Shown: positions 28,708 through 38,364 of the stretch, in pieces
Position numbering within the stretch: position 1 is the stretch's first letter
Layout: each line of letters begins with the position of its first letter
Sequence record: OZ346175.1
Source of the DNA: a phage
Strand: one strand, 5' to 3'
Length of the DNA stretch: 64,000 nucleotides
Program-made: the position numbers and the translations under genes
The notes under the pieces: model-generated
Database searches by the model: none
The model's input: the letters and a program-made list of their open reading frames with translations, nothing else
What the model was told of the DNA's origin: nothing

Positions 28708-28868
28708 GCATTACATGCGTAAAGCTCTAAGTCATTTTTATCTGGTTTATGAAAACAGTTTGCTCCGCAGTGGCAACGAAATGGCTTTCCACCAACTGTC
28801 AGGACGAAGGACTGAATCTTTCCATCAGGAGTCCGTACAGCATTTTTATGCTTATCTTCTTTGTTCAT
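28677..28868 (-). CDS. small zinc-ribbon protein
   Basis: 63 aa with CHCGANC...CNACN cysteine clusters. Confidence 0.45.
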   Translation of the reverse strand: MNKEDKHKNAVRTPDGKIQSFVLTVGGKPFRCHCGANCFHKPDKNDLELYACNACNTWYHSEE

Positions 28869-29071
28869 TTCCTCTTGCCACCAATTTCTACGTCAATAAC
28901 TTGAACATCACCAGCAACATCAAACTTATGAATGATGCTTTCCACAGTGTAAGTCCAACCATCAATGCGAACCAACTCACCTTCTCGTGGGACGATTGGG
29001 TTACGTTGAGCTACCGTTGTAGTAGAGTGAACAACATCATAACAATAGATATAGTTTACTAGGACTTCCAT
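28865..29071 (-). CDS. hypothetical protein
   Basis: Start set at internal ATG 29071 (SD GAGGG 8 nt upstream), avoiding overlap with upstream gene; track start 29170. Confidence 0.4.
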   Translation of the reverse strand: MEVLVNYIYCYDVVHSTTTVAQRNPIVPREGELVRIDGWTYTVESIIHKFDVAGDVQVIDVEIGGKRK

Positions 29072-29081
29072 CGTGAAACCC

Positions 29082-29342
29082 TCACTCAATAACCGTAGTG
29101 TGTGATTGACCATTTTTGCCATAGCTATAAGATGTTGTTGTTTGGGAGTTTGGACATCTGACAACAACAATATCTCTGCTTATAGCATCACCATGTAACT
29201 TGTATACTCTGCAATCTTGCATCTCTGGTGGGAGGCTGTAAGAAGCATTTTTATCTTCATAAGAAGGGTTGCAGCCAGATAGAAAAATAACACCAAGCGC
29301 AATTACTGATTTCCACATAATACACCCCTGTTTACTGTTCAC
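29082..29342 (-). CDS. putative lipoprotein
   Basis: Signal peptide with lipobox-like VIFLSGC. Confidence 0.5.
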   Translation of the reverse strand: MNSKQGCIMWKSVIALGVIFLSGCNPSYEDKNASYSLPPEMQDCRVYKLHGDAISRDIVVVRCPNSQTTTSYSYGKNGQSHTTVIE

Positions 29343-29487
29343 GATGCTCTACTTCTCTGTATGTACGTCGATAATGAATGATAAGTGGTGCTAATTCATT
29401 GCTTTTAACATTTGAGCGTAACAGTTGCCAGTCAAAACCTTTACCAACTCTTCCATATAAATTAAAAAACTTAACTTTGCGTTTCAT
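29332..29487 (-). CDS. possible small basic protein (51 aa)
   Basis: ATG with GGAGA SD 9 nt upstream; fills gap between flanking leftward genes; below ORF-track cutoff. Confidence 0.3.
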   Translation of the reverse strand: MKRKVKFFNLYGRVGKGFDWQLLRSNVKSNELAPLIIHYRRTYREVEHREQ

Positions 29488-29505
29488 TTTCGGTATCTCC
29501 AATAT

Positions 29506-29733
29506 TCAGAGGTTAATATTAATACGTTCGCCCTTAAGGACTCCAGTACGGTCCCTTGCAATCTTACCATCAACAATAAGGATATGCGCAGACCTTAAAG
29601 AGTCATTATTAAAACCTTTTACGAACTTACTAGGCATCACTACAATAAGCATCTCCTGAATCAACTCTGGAGTATAGCAGTTATCATGAAGTTGTTGGAT
29701 AACGTCTGCAAGTGTCATTTTTGATGTCTCCAA
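29506..29733 (-). CDS. hypothetical protein
   Basis: 75 aa ORF, co-directional. Confidence 0.45.
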   Translation of the reverse strand: METSKMTLADVIQQLHDNCYTPELIQEMLIVVMPSKFVKGFNNDSLRSAHILIVDGKIARDRTGVLKGERININL

Positions 29734-29924
29734 TACTCAATGTCAATAAGTTCTTGTGCAATGCTTTTCAGATTACCTTTCAAGAAAACCTTCTCAGAAC
29801 CTGAAAGAGATGAATTGTCAATTAACCTGTTCATTCTCTCAAACAACTTCTGCTTACGGTTCTTGATAGTTTCCTTTGAAGCGCCTTTCATCATCGCTGC
29901 ATGGGTTCTTCCACGATGGCTCAT
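29715..29924 (-). CDS. hypothetical protein
   Basis: 69 aa ORF with AGGAGG SD; TTGACAAGGTG motif ~50 nt upstream. Confidence 0.5.
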   Translation of the reverse strand: MSHRGRTHAAMMKGASKETIKNRKQKLFERMNRLIDNSSLSGSEKVFLKGNLKSIAQELIDIEYWRHQK

Positions 29925-29975
29925 AAGTCCTCCTATACAAGATATTGTATAAGGTACTCTTCCCTGAGCACCTTG

Positions 29976-30503
29976 TCAACTTAGTTTTGCAAACTCTCCG
30001 TGGAGTTTAATAGCAGCTTCACAGTAAGCTTTATGGGCTTCTTCAGGTGTGTCATGGTAACCTAAAAACATCTTCTTACCTTTATAACTTATCTGTGCGA
30101 CCCACTTACCAGACTTCTTCTTCAGGCTTACACCCTTATAGCCTGATTTATTGGTGGATAGTTTGCTTTTATTCCAAGCACTTTGGTAGTCATCTGCTTC
30201 TCTTAAGTTTACAATCCTGTTATCAAGGGAGTCTCCATTAATATGGTCAATAACACCTTTCGGCAACCTACCATACATGTACAGCCATGCGAGTCTGTGT
30301 GCTTTATGTGCTTTCTTGTCAAAATAGATAGTAATCTGCTTATGACCAGTTGAGTCAATCTGGATGCTCCCCGCTACCTGTCCTGCGTACTGACTATTAA
30401 AAACTTTAACAGCCTTTGAGTCGCCCTCTCTACGAAGCCAAGTAAAGACCCCTGTTTCGGGGTCATAGTGTAGTAGTTCCTTTAAACGTTCTTTTGTAAT
30501 CAT
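29976..30503 (-). CDS. HNH homing endonuclease with AP2-like DNA-binding domain
   Basis: HNH segment VIDHINGDSLDNRIVNLREA; AP2-like SGYKGVSLKKKSGKWVAQISYKGKKMFLGYHDTPEEAHKAY; start set at ATG 30503 by conservation with paralog at 40374. Confidence 0.8.
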   Translation of the reverse strand: MITKERLKELLHYDPETGVFTWLRREGDSKAVKVFNSQYAGQVAGSIQIDSTGHKQITIYFDKKAHKAHRLAWLYMYGRLPKGVIDHINGDSLDNRIVNLREADDYQSAWNKSKLSTNKSGYKGVSLKKKSGKWVAQISYKGKKMFLGYHDTPEEAHKAYCEAAIKLHGEFAKLS

Positions 30504-30513
30504 TTTGTCACCA

Positions 30514-31070
30514 TTAATGCACTTCCAACCACGATTTACCAACCTTTGCTGTACCAGTTACAAGTGTTTCTTTCCTCAAACCTAAGTTTTTTGAAGCTTG
30601 TCCATACATCCAGTCAGCAATTGCTTTCATATCATGTGTCATACCCTCTGGACATTCCCAACTATTTTCATCGTGATATGCCAGAAGTAACCTTGCTCCG
30701 ATAGCTGGTTTTCGAGCATTCAGTTTTGTCAGGCCATCTTCACAGGCTTTTCTTGCTGCTAGGTTGATGGCCTCATTCTGAATCTGTGCTTCCGAACTCA
30801 TCAGGAGGTAGTTCAGTAGTTTATGTGGAGATTTGCACCATATCCATGCTCCAGCGACCCTGATATAACCACCTTTAGCAATTGAAGAATTCTTCCCAAA
30901 AACCTCTTCCAGAGCCTTTTTAGACGCCTTAAAATCGGCTTCTAAGCTATCAAGTAACTTCTTAATCTTTGGCAGACGCATATAGTAAGTTTGTTTAGTT
31001 AATGCACCTTCCTCTGTAGAAGCTGCCTTAATGGTTTTGGCAAACTTCTCATCACCTGCACCGAACAATA
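30514..31070 (-). CDS. DNA polymerase (family A) exon 2, C-terminal portion
   Basis: Begins LLFGAGDEK (motif B continuation, cf. T7 YGFLYGAGDEK) and contains motif C LLAYHDENSWECP; in-frame TGA 3 codons upstream of first sense codon. Confidence 0.8.
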
Positions 31071-31338
31071 CATCTGGTCAATACACTCGCAAGGTGTACC
31101 AGTTCTCTTATGAACTTCTCCGCATTTCTACGGAGTGTCGGACTATATCACGTAGTAGTAATACTACCGTTGCACTTGGGAATGGTCATTGGCTTACCAC
31201 CCTACTCTACTCAGTTCATACGTTAAGTATGCTTTTCGATAGTCTCTGAACGTTCCTCTTAAGAGGCTTCGCTGCTGATTACCATATCTTTACAGACTTA
31301 GGCTTCCAGCAATTCACAACGTTTTACATGCGCCACTG
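31071..31338 (-). ncRNA. group I self-splicing intron (ORF-less) within DNA polymerase gene
   Basis: On - strand RNA: 5' exon ends ...AUGCGU pairing with IGS GCGCAU (U.G at splice site); core elements P-like UUGCUGGAAG, Q AAUCAGCAGCG, R GUUCAGAGACUA, S GAUAUAGUCC; terminal G; splicing restores ...AKNGIYA-LLFGAGDEK. Confidence 0.75.
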
Positions 31339-33481
31339 ACGCATAAATGCCATTTTTGGCTTTCTTACGACCTTTTGTAATCTCGTGGAGAAGTTCCTCA
31401 TCCTGTGTCTCCCTACAACGAACAATATCTTCTTCCTTGTTCAGACCAAAGTAAATACTGTTCAGTGTATGCGCATCAGTCCCTGTGTAGACTTCATAGA
31501 GGTCGTTCTCAGCATCATAACGAAGATACTTGTCAGTTTCTGGATTAAGGTGCTTATCAAGATGTTTGCAATAATATCTCCCATCTTCTTGCTTGGTAAA
31601 TTCTACTGACTCTTTACCTTCAGTTACTGCTTTAGTGAACTCTTTATCACCCATAAAGTTACACAGTAAAACAAGCTGTGCAGAGTTCTGGTCAACAGAA
31701 ACAATGTTAGTCCCCTCTTCACAAATCCACACTGCCCTCATAGGTGCTCCATAGACAGCAGCACCAGACGGTACGTTTACAATACCATATTGTGTCATAC
31801 GTCCAGTTGAAGTACCAAACACCATTGCACCAGCACTAAGGCGACCATCAGGACGAATCTGGTTCAACCAACCTTTTTCATCATCCTTTGAGTTCTCAAT
31901 AGTTCTGCGTCGGTGCATCAAAGTATAGTACTTAGCAATCTTCTGTCCAAGCTCACCTTCAATCGTATCATAAGATGATTCAGTAAGTTTTGGTGAAGTA
32001 CGGATTAAGCAAGGCTCAAGCAAATCTGTGTACTTCTTCACAGACCAGTTATGCTCAATGTACTGTACACCTTCATGTTCAACATAACTCAAACCACACC
32101 GCTCAACCATTTCCTGCCACTTAGGATGTTTTGTAATCATCTTTTTATTGTCTTTGAAACGACAAACTTTGACAGGGCGACCATCTGAATCTTTCTTGTA
32201 GTTCCAGTCATCTGGAATCCAACCAACTGATTTCAAGTAGTCTTTAACAACTGCTACCTGAGTCATATGAGAAACTTCAAACTCAATTGGTGTATATGGT
32301 GCATCAATCAAACCTGTGTAGCGACTTGACTCAAGTTCAAAGTGATTGACAACGTGACTGTTATAGTACTTCACAGTCTTGACTGTTTTTACTGGTTTCC
32401 AGTCTTTGCATTTTTTGCCAATCTTTGCATTCAACTCGTTGCAGATTGCACGAGCATCCTTCATCGCTACAAAACCCTCTTTGTACTCTTCACCAGTTAC
32501 AGAGTTGGTTGGTGTATAGCAATTTCTCTTTTCAATGTTAAAAATCTTTGTAGTTGGCTTACCAAATGGCTTGATTTCATATGTCTGCATCTCACCATTA
32601 CGTACCTGCTGACGATACTTTGTCTTAGGGTACTTGGTAATTCTTTTCAGTCCATCTGCATGACCAAATGCTTCAACATACTCATTCCAAGCTTTTGCAA
32701 ACTCTTCTCCAGTGACTTTACCTTTGGTCTTAATAGTTGGAGGTAGATGTGGTTCAACCTCTGAAGCAAGCTCATTAGTCAACTTGTCAAGCTCCTTTAC
32801 ATGGAACTCCATAAGCTCTTTATCAGCTTTCCAACCATTGATAGCTTGTTGACTCATCCAGAAAGATGTTTCTTTAGCTCGCATGTAAGTTTCATAAGTG
32901 TCTATGCCACACTTCTTAAGCTTGAGATACTCGTTATCAAGTGCCCGTTTAGTTTTGGCGTTAATACGGATATCTTCTACAACACGAGTGAAGATTTCTG
33001 CATTCCACACACCCCAATGCTCAATCTCTGGCTTACGAACACCAACACGAGCACCCCATGCAGCCAAGCCATGAGCACCTTTATAACCCTTTGGAGTTGG
33101 TCTATCCATCCACTGAACACGAGACTGGATAAGAGAATCCTGAAAGAAATTACTCCACGGCTTACACTTTGGATTATCAAAGTTCCATAAATCAGGTGCA
33201 ATGTGATTAAAAACCCACCAGTCATAACCGAGACCGTTATGGATGCAAAGACGTTTTGCCTTTAACGCAAATTCAACACCTTCACGTAAGCCACCCTTAA
33301 TGTACTTGGTATACTTGTGACCGAGGATAGGTTCATCCGTAAAGACCCATACAGGTGGCTCTTCATCGTCAGATTTATAGTCTGCGAAAGCCATTACGTG
33401 CACTTTAGTGAACTCAAGGAGTAAACCATCAGTTTCTGTATCACCAACTAAATGTAAGTTTTTAAAATCTACGTTTTCCAT
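31339..33481 (-). CDS. DNA polymerase (family A) exon 1, 3'-5' exonuclease and N-terminal polymerase domains
   Basis: Exo I motif LVGDTETDGL; ends in motif B start GRKKAKNGIYA; start set at ATG 33481 with GAGGGAG SD (track start 33511). Confidence 0.85.
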
Positions 33482-33738
33482 TTTTACTCCCTCTAAAATC
33501 ATTAACCTCATACATTACTGCAAAAAATTATAAAAAGCAAGTTGACAATGCACTTGACAAGGTGTTAATCTTTGCGAAGTGGGTTTTTACTTAAAAGGTT
33601 ACTTAACAGTTTAACTATACAGATACTTTAAAACTCTTAAAAGATTATTTAATAGCTTTTAAAAAGCTTTAAAGTATAACGTATAGAATACGTTAAGATA
33701 AAAGATTAAAACTTAATAGTTACTTAAAAGAGGCTTAC

Positions 33739-34161
33739 ATGCAGAAAATGTTTGTTCACCCAGACATAGCTGACTTTGTTAGAGCTTTGCAGAAGTTGGA
33801 AGAACTTGACATTGCTGCTCAACGGGAATATGCTCACCATCACAGGAGAATGGTTGATATACAACATGAAATAGAGTTATCTGAAAACTATGAAGATGAC
33901 TTAAAATGCTCTGTGTTTGAGCATATGAAAGATGTTGCTACAGCGAGACGTAAAGCTAAAGACACAGTTGCTTTACTAGACTCTCTTAAAAAGAGGTTGC
34001 AAAGTGGTACAGACCTGTGTAATCTAGCGTCACTGATTAACGATGTTGAAACTTCTTGGGATAGGCACTATTATCCACGTTCTGAAAAGACACTTGACTT
34101 TTCTTCATCCGAAAACTTAAAATGTTCTAGAAAGAAACTTAACCAACTGAGAGAGAAATAA
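33739..34161 (+). CDS. hypothetical protein
   Basis: 140 aa ORF, SD AAAAGAGG, first gene of rightward block. Confidence 0.55.
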   Translation: MQKMFVHPDIADFVRALQKLEELDIAAQREYAHHHRRMVDIQHEIELSENYEDDLKCSVFEHMKDVATARRKAKDTVALLDSLKKRLQSGTDLCNLASLINDVETSWDRHYYPRSEKTLDFSSSENLKCSRKKLNQLREK

Positions 34162-34162
34162 T

Positions 34163-34963
34163 ATGAATATCAATGTAGAAAAGATGCTTGAAGAAAAAGG
34201 TATTGACGAAGCATTTTTAATCAATGCCGTAGAAAGCATGGCTATGATTCTTCGTGGGAACAACTACACAGAACAGTTTATGCCTTCAAGCTATAACTTG
34301 CCTGAAGACAAGTCTGATAATGGTGCTTTTGCAGAACAGGTTAACATGATGTTGACAGACACTACACTTGCTTTAGCATCTATAGTCGTAGGTGTTGATG
34401 CTCTTGCAGAGTTCATTTTTAAGGAGATGCAGAAAAATGACTATATCTCCCTTAACTCTGAAGAAAAGGACTTATTACTGTCATTAGGTAATAATGAGTT
34501 AATTTCCATGATAATTTCATCAACAAGTGCTGTTATGGCTGCTCTTGAGAAGCGAATGGGAGAGAAGCTGTCACGATATGAAAAACTTGATTGGGGGGTA
34601 GAAGAACTAAACCCACGAATCCAAGAAATTATCCAGCAAACCAAAGATTCTTTGGAAGAAGCTGTTGAAAATGACTCTGTAGCTGATATAGAACCACTTC
34701 AGGTGAAAGTTGCACTGATGATTCCAGCTATCTCTACAATGATGAATATCGTTGCACTAATCCAACTTTCACAGATGATGGGTGTAAGTATTGAGTTCAT
34801 TGAGGAGATGACTGGTGGCGTTAGTATGCAAGCAATCAATGATGTTTTGGTGAATATTGGTGCTTCAATCATTGAAGAGAAACTACGCATTAACTTCGGT
34901 GATGATTTTGTGAAGCAAATCTCAGCTATGGCTGAAAAAGAGTCTGCTGAGCAACTGCACTAA
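34163..34963 (+). CDS. hypothetical protein
   Basis: 266 aa acidic ORF. Confidence 0.55.
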   Translation: MNINVEKMLEEKGIDEAFLINAVESMAMILRGNNYTEQFMPSSYNLPEDKSDNGAFAEQVNMMLTDTTLALASIVVGVDALAEFIFKEMQKNDYISLNSEEKDLLLSLGNNELISMIISSTSAVMAALEKRMGEKLSRYEKLDWGVEELNPRIQEIIQQTKDSLEEAVENDSVADIEPLQVKVALMIPAISTMMNIVALIQLSQMMGVSIEFIEEMTGGVSMQAINDVLVNIGASIIEEKLRINFGDDFVKQISAMAEKESAEQLH

Positions 34964-34980
34964 GTCTTTATAAATCTTAC

Positions 34981-35005
34981 AAGCCTCCTTAGTTGGGGGC
35001 TTTTT
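34981..35005 (+). terminator. rho-independent terminator
   Basis: AAGCCTCC-TTAGTT-GGGGGCTT hairpin plus TTTTT. Confidence 0.6.
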
Positions 35006-35024
35006 AGTAATTAAGGGAGATAAA

Positions 35025-35768
35025 ATGAGTAATATTATCGCATTTACTGGAAAGGCACGTTCTGGAAAAGACACCTCATGTTCTATTGTGAAGAACATCT
35101 TAGAGGATGAGTACGGCTACAATGTTGCTGTAATGGCCTTTGCAGACAACCTTAAACTGTCTGCATCAAAGATATTTGACCTGACTTGGAATGACCTGTA
35201 TGGTGAAACTAAAGAGACTCCACGGGTATTTAACTTATCATATCCTGAACTGATGTTTAAAGTTACGGAAGCCATGAAGTTCACCTTCAGAGATGAACGT
35301 TACCATATGGACTTCAAGCTTATGTCAGAGTTAACCGGACGATTAATCATGGAGCTTAAGAAGGTTGCTAAACCGACTCTATTGACACGTCTGGGGTTTA
35401 GCAAAAAGTATAAATTCTCATCAAGACAAATTCAACAGGTTTGGGGCACTGAAGTTGTCCGTAAAGTAATGGGCGACAAGTTCTGGTCTAAAGACCTTGA
35501 AAAAAGAATGGTTAGATTCCATGAAATGTGCTCACTTAGAAATCAATATGGTTTTGTATTAATCAGTGATTTAAGATTTGACTCTGAAGCTGAATGGCTG
35601 AGTAGATTTGCACACCAAACTATTGAAGTAAAAAGAGACAATGTGGACAAAGTTTCATCACATGTTTCAGAAAATGGGATTTCTACAAAATATGAGCGTG
35701 ACATTATTCATAATAATGGTACTCTTGCAGACCTTGAGAACAAGCTAAGAGCCATCATTAAAGTTTAA
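35025..35768 (+). CDS. deoxynucleoside monophosphate kinase
   Basis: N-terminal P-loop IIAFTGKARSGKDT resembling T4 gp1 (LSGVKRSGKDT); ISDLRF segment. Confidence 0.7.
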   Translation: MSNIIAFTGKARSGKDTSCSIVKNILEDEYGYNVAVMAFADNLKLSASKIFDLTWNDLYGETKETPRVFNLSYPELMFKVTEAMKFTFRDERYHMDFKLMSELTGRLIMELKKVAKPTLLTRLGFSKKYKFSSRQIQQVWGTEVVRKVMGDKFWSKDLEKRMVRFHEMCSLRNQYGFVLISDLRFDSEAEWLSRFAHQTIEVKRDNVDKVSSHVSENGISTKYERDIIHNNGTLADLENKLRAIIKV

Positions 35769-35776
35769 AAGAGAGA

Positions 35777-35977
35777 ATGAAGATGAGAGTAAAAGACAAT
35801 TTTAAAGTTATTGACCACCGTTTAGTGGAACTCTCATCTCTTTCCAGTGAGGTAATGATTGAACGTCTTAAGAGAGTTGAATCACGAAGGAAAGAGATTG
35901 CAGATGAAATTCATGAACTGGACAAGATTGAAAATGGATTGAAGGCAGAACTACAACGAAGAGGTGCTAATGTCTAA
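35777..35977 (+). CDS. hypothetical coiled-coil protein
   Basis: 66 aa ORF. Confidence 0.45.
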   Translation: MKMRVKDNFKVIDHRLVELSSLSSEVMIERLKRVESRRKEIADEIHELDKIENGLKAELQRRGANV

Positions 35978-37955
35978 AGGTCGTAAATTGAAAGAGGCTG
36001 GTCAGTTTGTTGGTCATTGCGCATGTCCACGTTGTGGTTCATCAGATGCTGGTTCAATCTATCACCATGACGATGATTCTTATTCAATGACTTGCTTTAG
36101 TTGTAACAAAGGTTTCCCAGAGTGGGATTTTGATAAAGGACAAATCGTGAGCACTTATTCTACTGGTTCAGACAATAAAAACCGTACTTTCCGTGGAATG
36201 GATTTAGACGATGTAAAAGAAAACCTAGAAGCAATGGACTTGAAAGATAGGAAGATTCCTGCAAAAGTTCTTGAGCGTTTGGGTATTAAGGTTGACATTG
36301 ACAGTGATGGTGAAATTGACGCACATTTCTACCCAACTTACAAACGTAATGAAGATGGTAAGCTAGAACATGTTGGCTACCGTGTTCGTCACCGTTACCC
36401 AGAAGACCATCCAAAAGAGCACCTACGTGGTAAGCTAAAAGACTTTTCTGGTGGTGTTGGAGACATTAAAGGTGAACTGGCAATGTTTGGTTCATGGATT
36501 GCTCCAGAAGGTGGTAACCGTCTATTCATCTGGGAAGGTGAGATGGAATGTGCGACAGCAATCTACATGACCTCTTTGGCGATTAAAGATAAGTCTCGTC
36601 GTAAGAATTACTGTCACGTATCTGTCCCATCGGGTGCAAACATTAAGTCTATCAAAGACAACTATCAGTACATCACATCATTTGATGAGATTTACTTGTG
36701 CTTTGATAATGATGAAGCAGGTGCTAAAGCTACCAAAGAGGCTGCTGGCATTCTCCCTATCGAGAAGGTTCGTTTATTCCAGTATCCAGAAGGTGTAAAA
36801 GACCTTAACGAATGGTGGACAAAGTTCTATAAAGAGAAAGATACAGTTCTGGAAGGATTTAAGCAGCGTATCTACAATGCACCTCGTTACTGTCCTGCTG
36901 GTATCAAGAACTTCGCAGATGGTTTTGAGGCAATGAAGAATCGTGGTCAGATTCCATTGATTCCTTTCCCAGAATCATTCGGAGATTTGAACAGACTGAC
37001 TTATGGTGGTTATGGACTAGGTGAGATTACAACTCTGGCAGCACCATCTTCAGTGGGTAAATCAGCATACACTCGTGAAATGATTTACACAGCTTGGAAA
37101 GAAACCGATTACAATATTGGTGTAATTCCTGTAGAAGATACCTATGAAGAGTTGATGGAGATGCTCTGTGCAATCCACCTGAGCAAGCAGATTTCTGAGA
37201 TTCCTTATGACGAACGTGATTGGGATGAATTGAAGGGAGCGCACGCAGAACTATCTAAAGGTCGTCGTATCCACATCGTAGACCATCAAGGGGCAATTGA
37301 CCAAGATAACTTACTGGAGTTTGTTGACTATCTTGTTAATAGCTTAGACTGTAAGATTATTATTCTTGACCCTATTACGTTGGCTCTGTCACGTTCAGAT
37401 ACGGATGAAGAGGAAGTTTTGTCTGAGCTATTGCGTCGTTGCAAACGCTACCAGTATGCACAAGTGAACGTCTGTCACGTTCGTAAGAGTGCAGGTGGTC
37501 AGAAGGCTAACTCTGAAGGTGGAGATATCTCTGAAGAGGATATTAAAGGCTCTGGTGCGTATTTCCAGATTTCTATGAACAACATTCTGTTAATGCGTAA
37601 CAAGGTTGACCCAGACCCTGTTAAGAAAAACTTGACAAAAATCAAGCTAACTAAATGTCGTCGTCACGGTAAGTCAACGGGTATTGCTGGTCATACTTGG
37701 TACAATCCAGATACAGGACGCCTCATCAAAGCATCTGGTTGCGGAGTTGACATTGATGGTGCAGCAGAAAATATTCGCCAACAGTTTGGTATTGGTGAAG
37801 CTGAAGACCATTACGATGACTCTTTGCCACATTATGAGGATGAAGTGTTTGACCGTGAGACTGGTGAAGTCTATACTGAAGAGCAGCGTCAAAGCTCAAC
37901 GATTCCACCTGTATTAAGTGAGGATGCAGATGACTGCCCATTCGAAACTGAGTGA
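35964..37955 (+). CDS. DNA primase/helicase (T7 gp4-like)
   Basis: N-terminal zinc ribbon CPRCGSSD...CFSCN, central primase region, C-terminal helicase Walker A AAPSSVGKSAYT. Confidence 0.85.
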   Translation: MLMSKGRKLKEAGQFVGHCACPRCGSSDAGSIYHHDDDSYSMTCFSCNKGFPEWDFDKGQIVSTYSTGSDNKNRTFRGMDLDDVKENLEAMDLKDRKIPAKVLERLGIKVDIDSDGEIDAHFYPTYKRNEDGKLEHVGYRVRHRYPEDHPKEHLRGKLKDFSGGVGDIKGELAMFGSWIAPEGGNRLFIWEGEMECATAIYMTSLAIKDKSRRKNYCHVSVPSGANIKSIKDNYQYITSFDEIYLCFDNDEAGAKATKEAAGILPIEKVRLFQYPEGVKDLNEWWTKFYKEKDTVLEGFKQRIYNAPRYCPAGIKNFADGFEAMKNRGQIPLIPFPESFGDLNRLTYGGYGLGEITTLAAPSSVGKSAYTREMIYTAWKETDYNIGVIPVEDTYEELMEMLCAIHLSKQISEIPYDERDWDELKGAHAELSKGRRIHIVDHQGAIDQDNLLEFVDYLVNSLDCKIIILDPITLALSRSDTDEEEVLSELLRRCKRYQYAQVNVCHVRKSAGGQKANSEGGDISEEDIKGSGAYFQISMNNILLMRNKVDPDPVKKNLTKIKLTKCRRHGKSTGIAGHTWYNPDTGRLIKASGCGVDIDGAAENIRQQFGIGEAEDHYDDSLPHYEDEVFDRETGEVYTEEQRQSSTIPPVLSEDADDCPFETE

Positions 37956-38211
37956 TAGTTATAAAAGAGAGGGGTTCACACCCTTCTTTGAAGAAAAAAG
38001 TTTAAATAAATTTCAGGAAGAGTGTTTGACAAAGATTGATAGATTCTATAGAATGCTCCTCATGAAATGCGATGGAGAGGTTGAGATAAAAGAAGATTTT
38101 CACCAGAGCATGATTACAGTCATCATTGCGCTGCCTCAGCATAATATTAGTTGGCTGTTTATAATTAAAGAAAATGTGTTTGAATATCAAGTATATCGGA
38201 GAATATCATGA
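37918..38211 (+). CDS. hypothetical ORF (uncertain)
   Basis: 97 aa ORF overlapping primase 3' end; contains an internal promoter-like element, so coding status doubtful. Confidence 0.25.
   Translation: MRMQMTAHSKLSDSYKREGFTPFFEEKSLNKFQEECLTKIDRFYRMLLMKCDGEVEIKEDFHQSMITVIIALPQHNISWLFIIKENVFEYQVYRRIS
38026..38054 (+). promoter_or_regulatory. sigma70-like promoter TTGACA-N17-TAGAAT
   Basis: -35 TTGACA 38026-38031, -10 TAGAAT 38049-38054. Confidence 0.5.
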
Positions 38212-38357
38212 AACACTCTAAAGCATTTGAAAAAGTTTTTGGGGATTCCTTAAAAGCCACTGCTGGAAAACCAGCAAAATACTATGAAGAAAAACGTGTA
38301 AGAACTGGAAAAACTGCACGTAAAGCAGCTTCTAAAGATAAGCACAACTTCCAGTAA
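38208..38357 (+). CDS. possible small basic protein (49 aa)
   Basis: ATG with GGAGA SD; K/R-rich; below ORF-track cutoff. Confidence 0.35.
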   Translation: MKHSKAFEKVFGDSLKATAGKPAKYYEEKRVRTGKTARKAASKDKHNFQ

Positions 38358-38364
38358 TTAGTAT

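Noticed and set aside
28604-29062. 152-aa + strand ORF
   Set aside because: Antisense to the ligase, zinc-ribbon and downstream leftward genes; no SD.
31031-31249. 72-aa + strand ORF between the two polymerase exons
   Set aside because: Lies inside, and antisense to, the group I intron; no SD; more likely a chance ORF in structured RNA.
32342-33190. + strand ORFs 32342-32746 and 32801-33190 (134 and 129 aa)
   Set aside because: Antisense to DNA polymerase exon 1; hydrophobic low-complexity translations typical of the reverse strand of AT-rich coding DNA.
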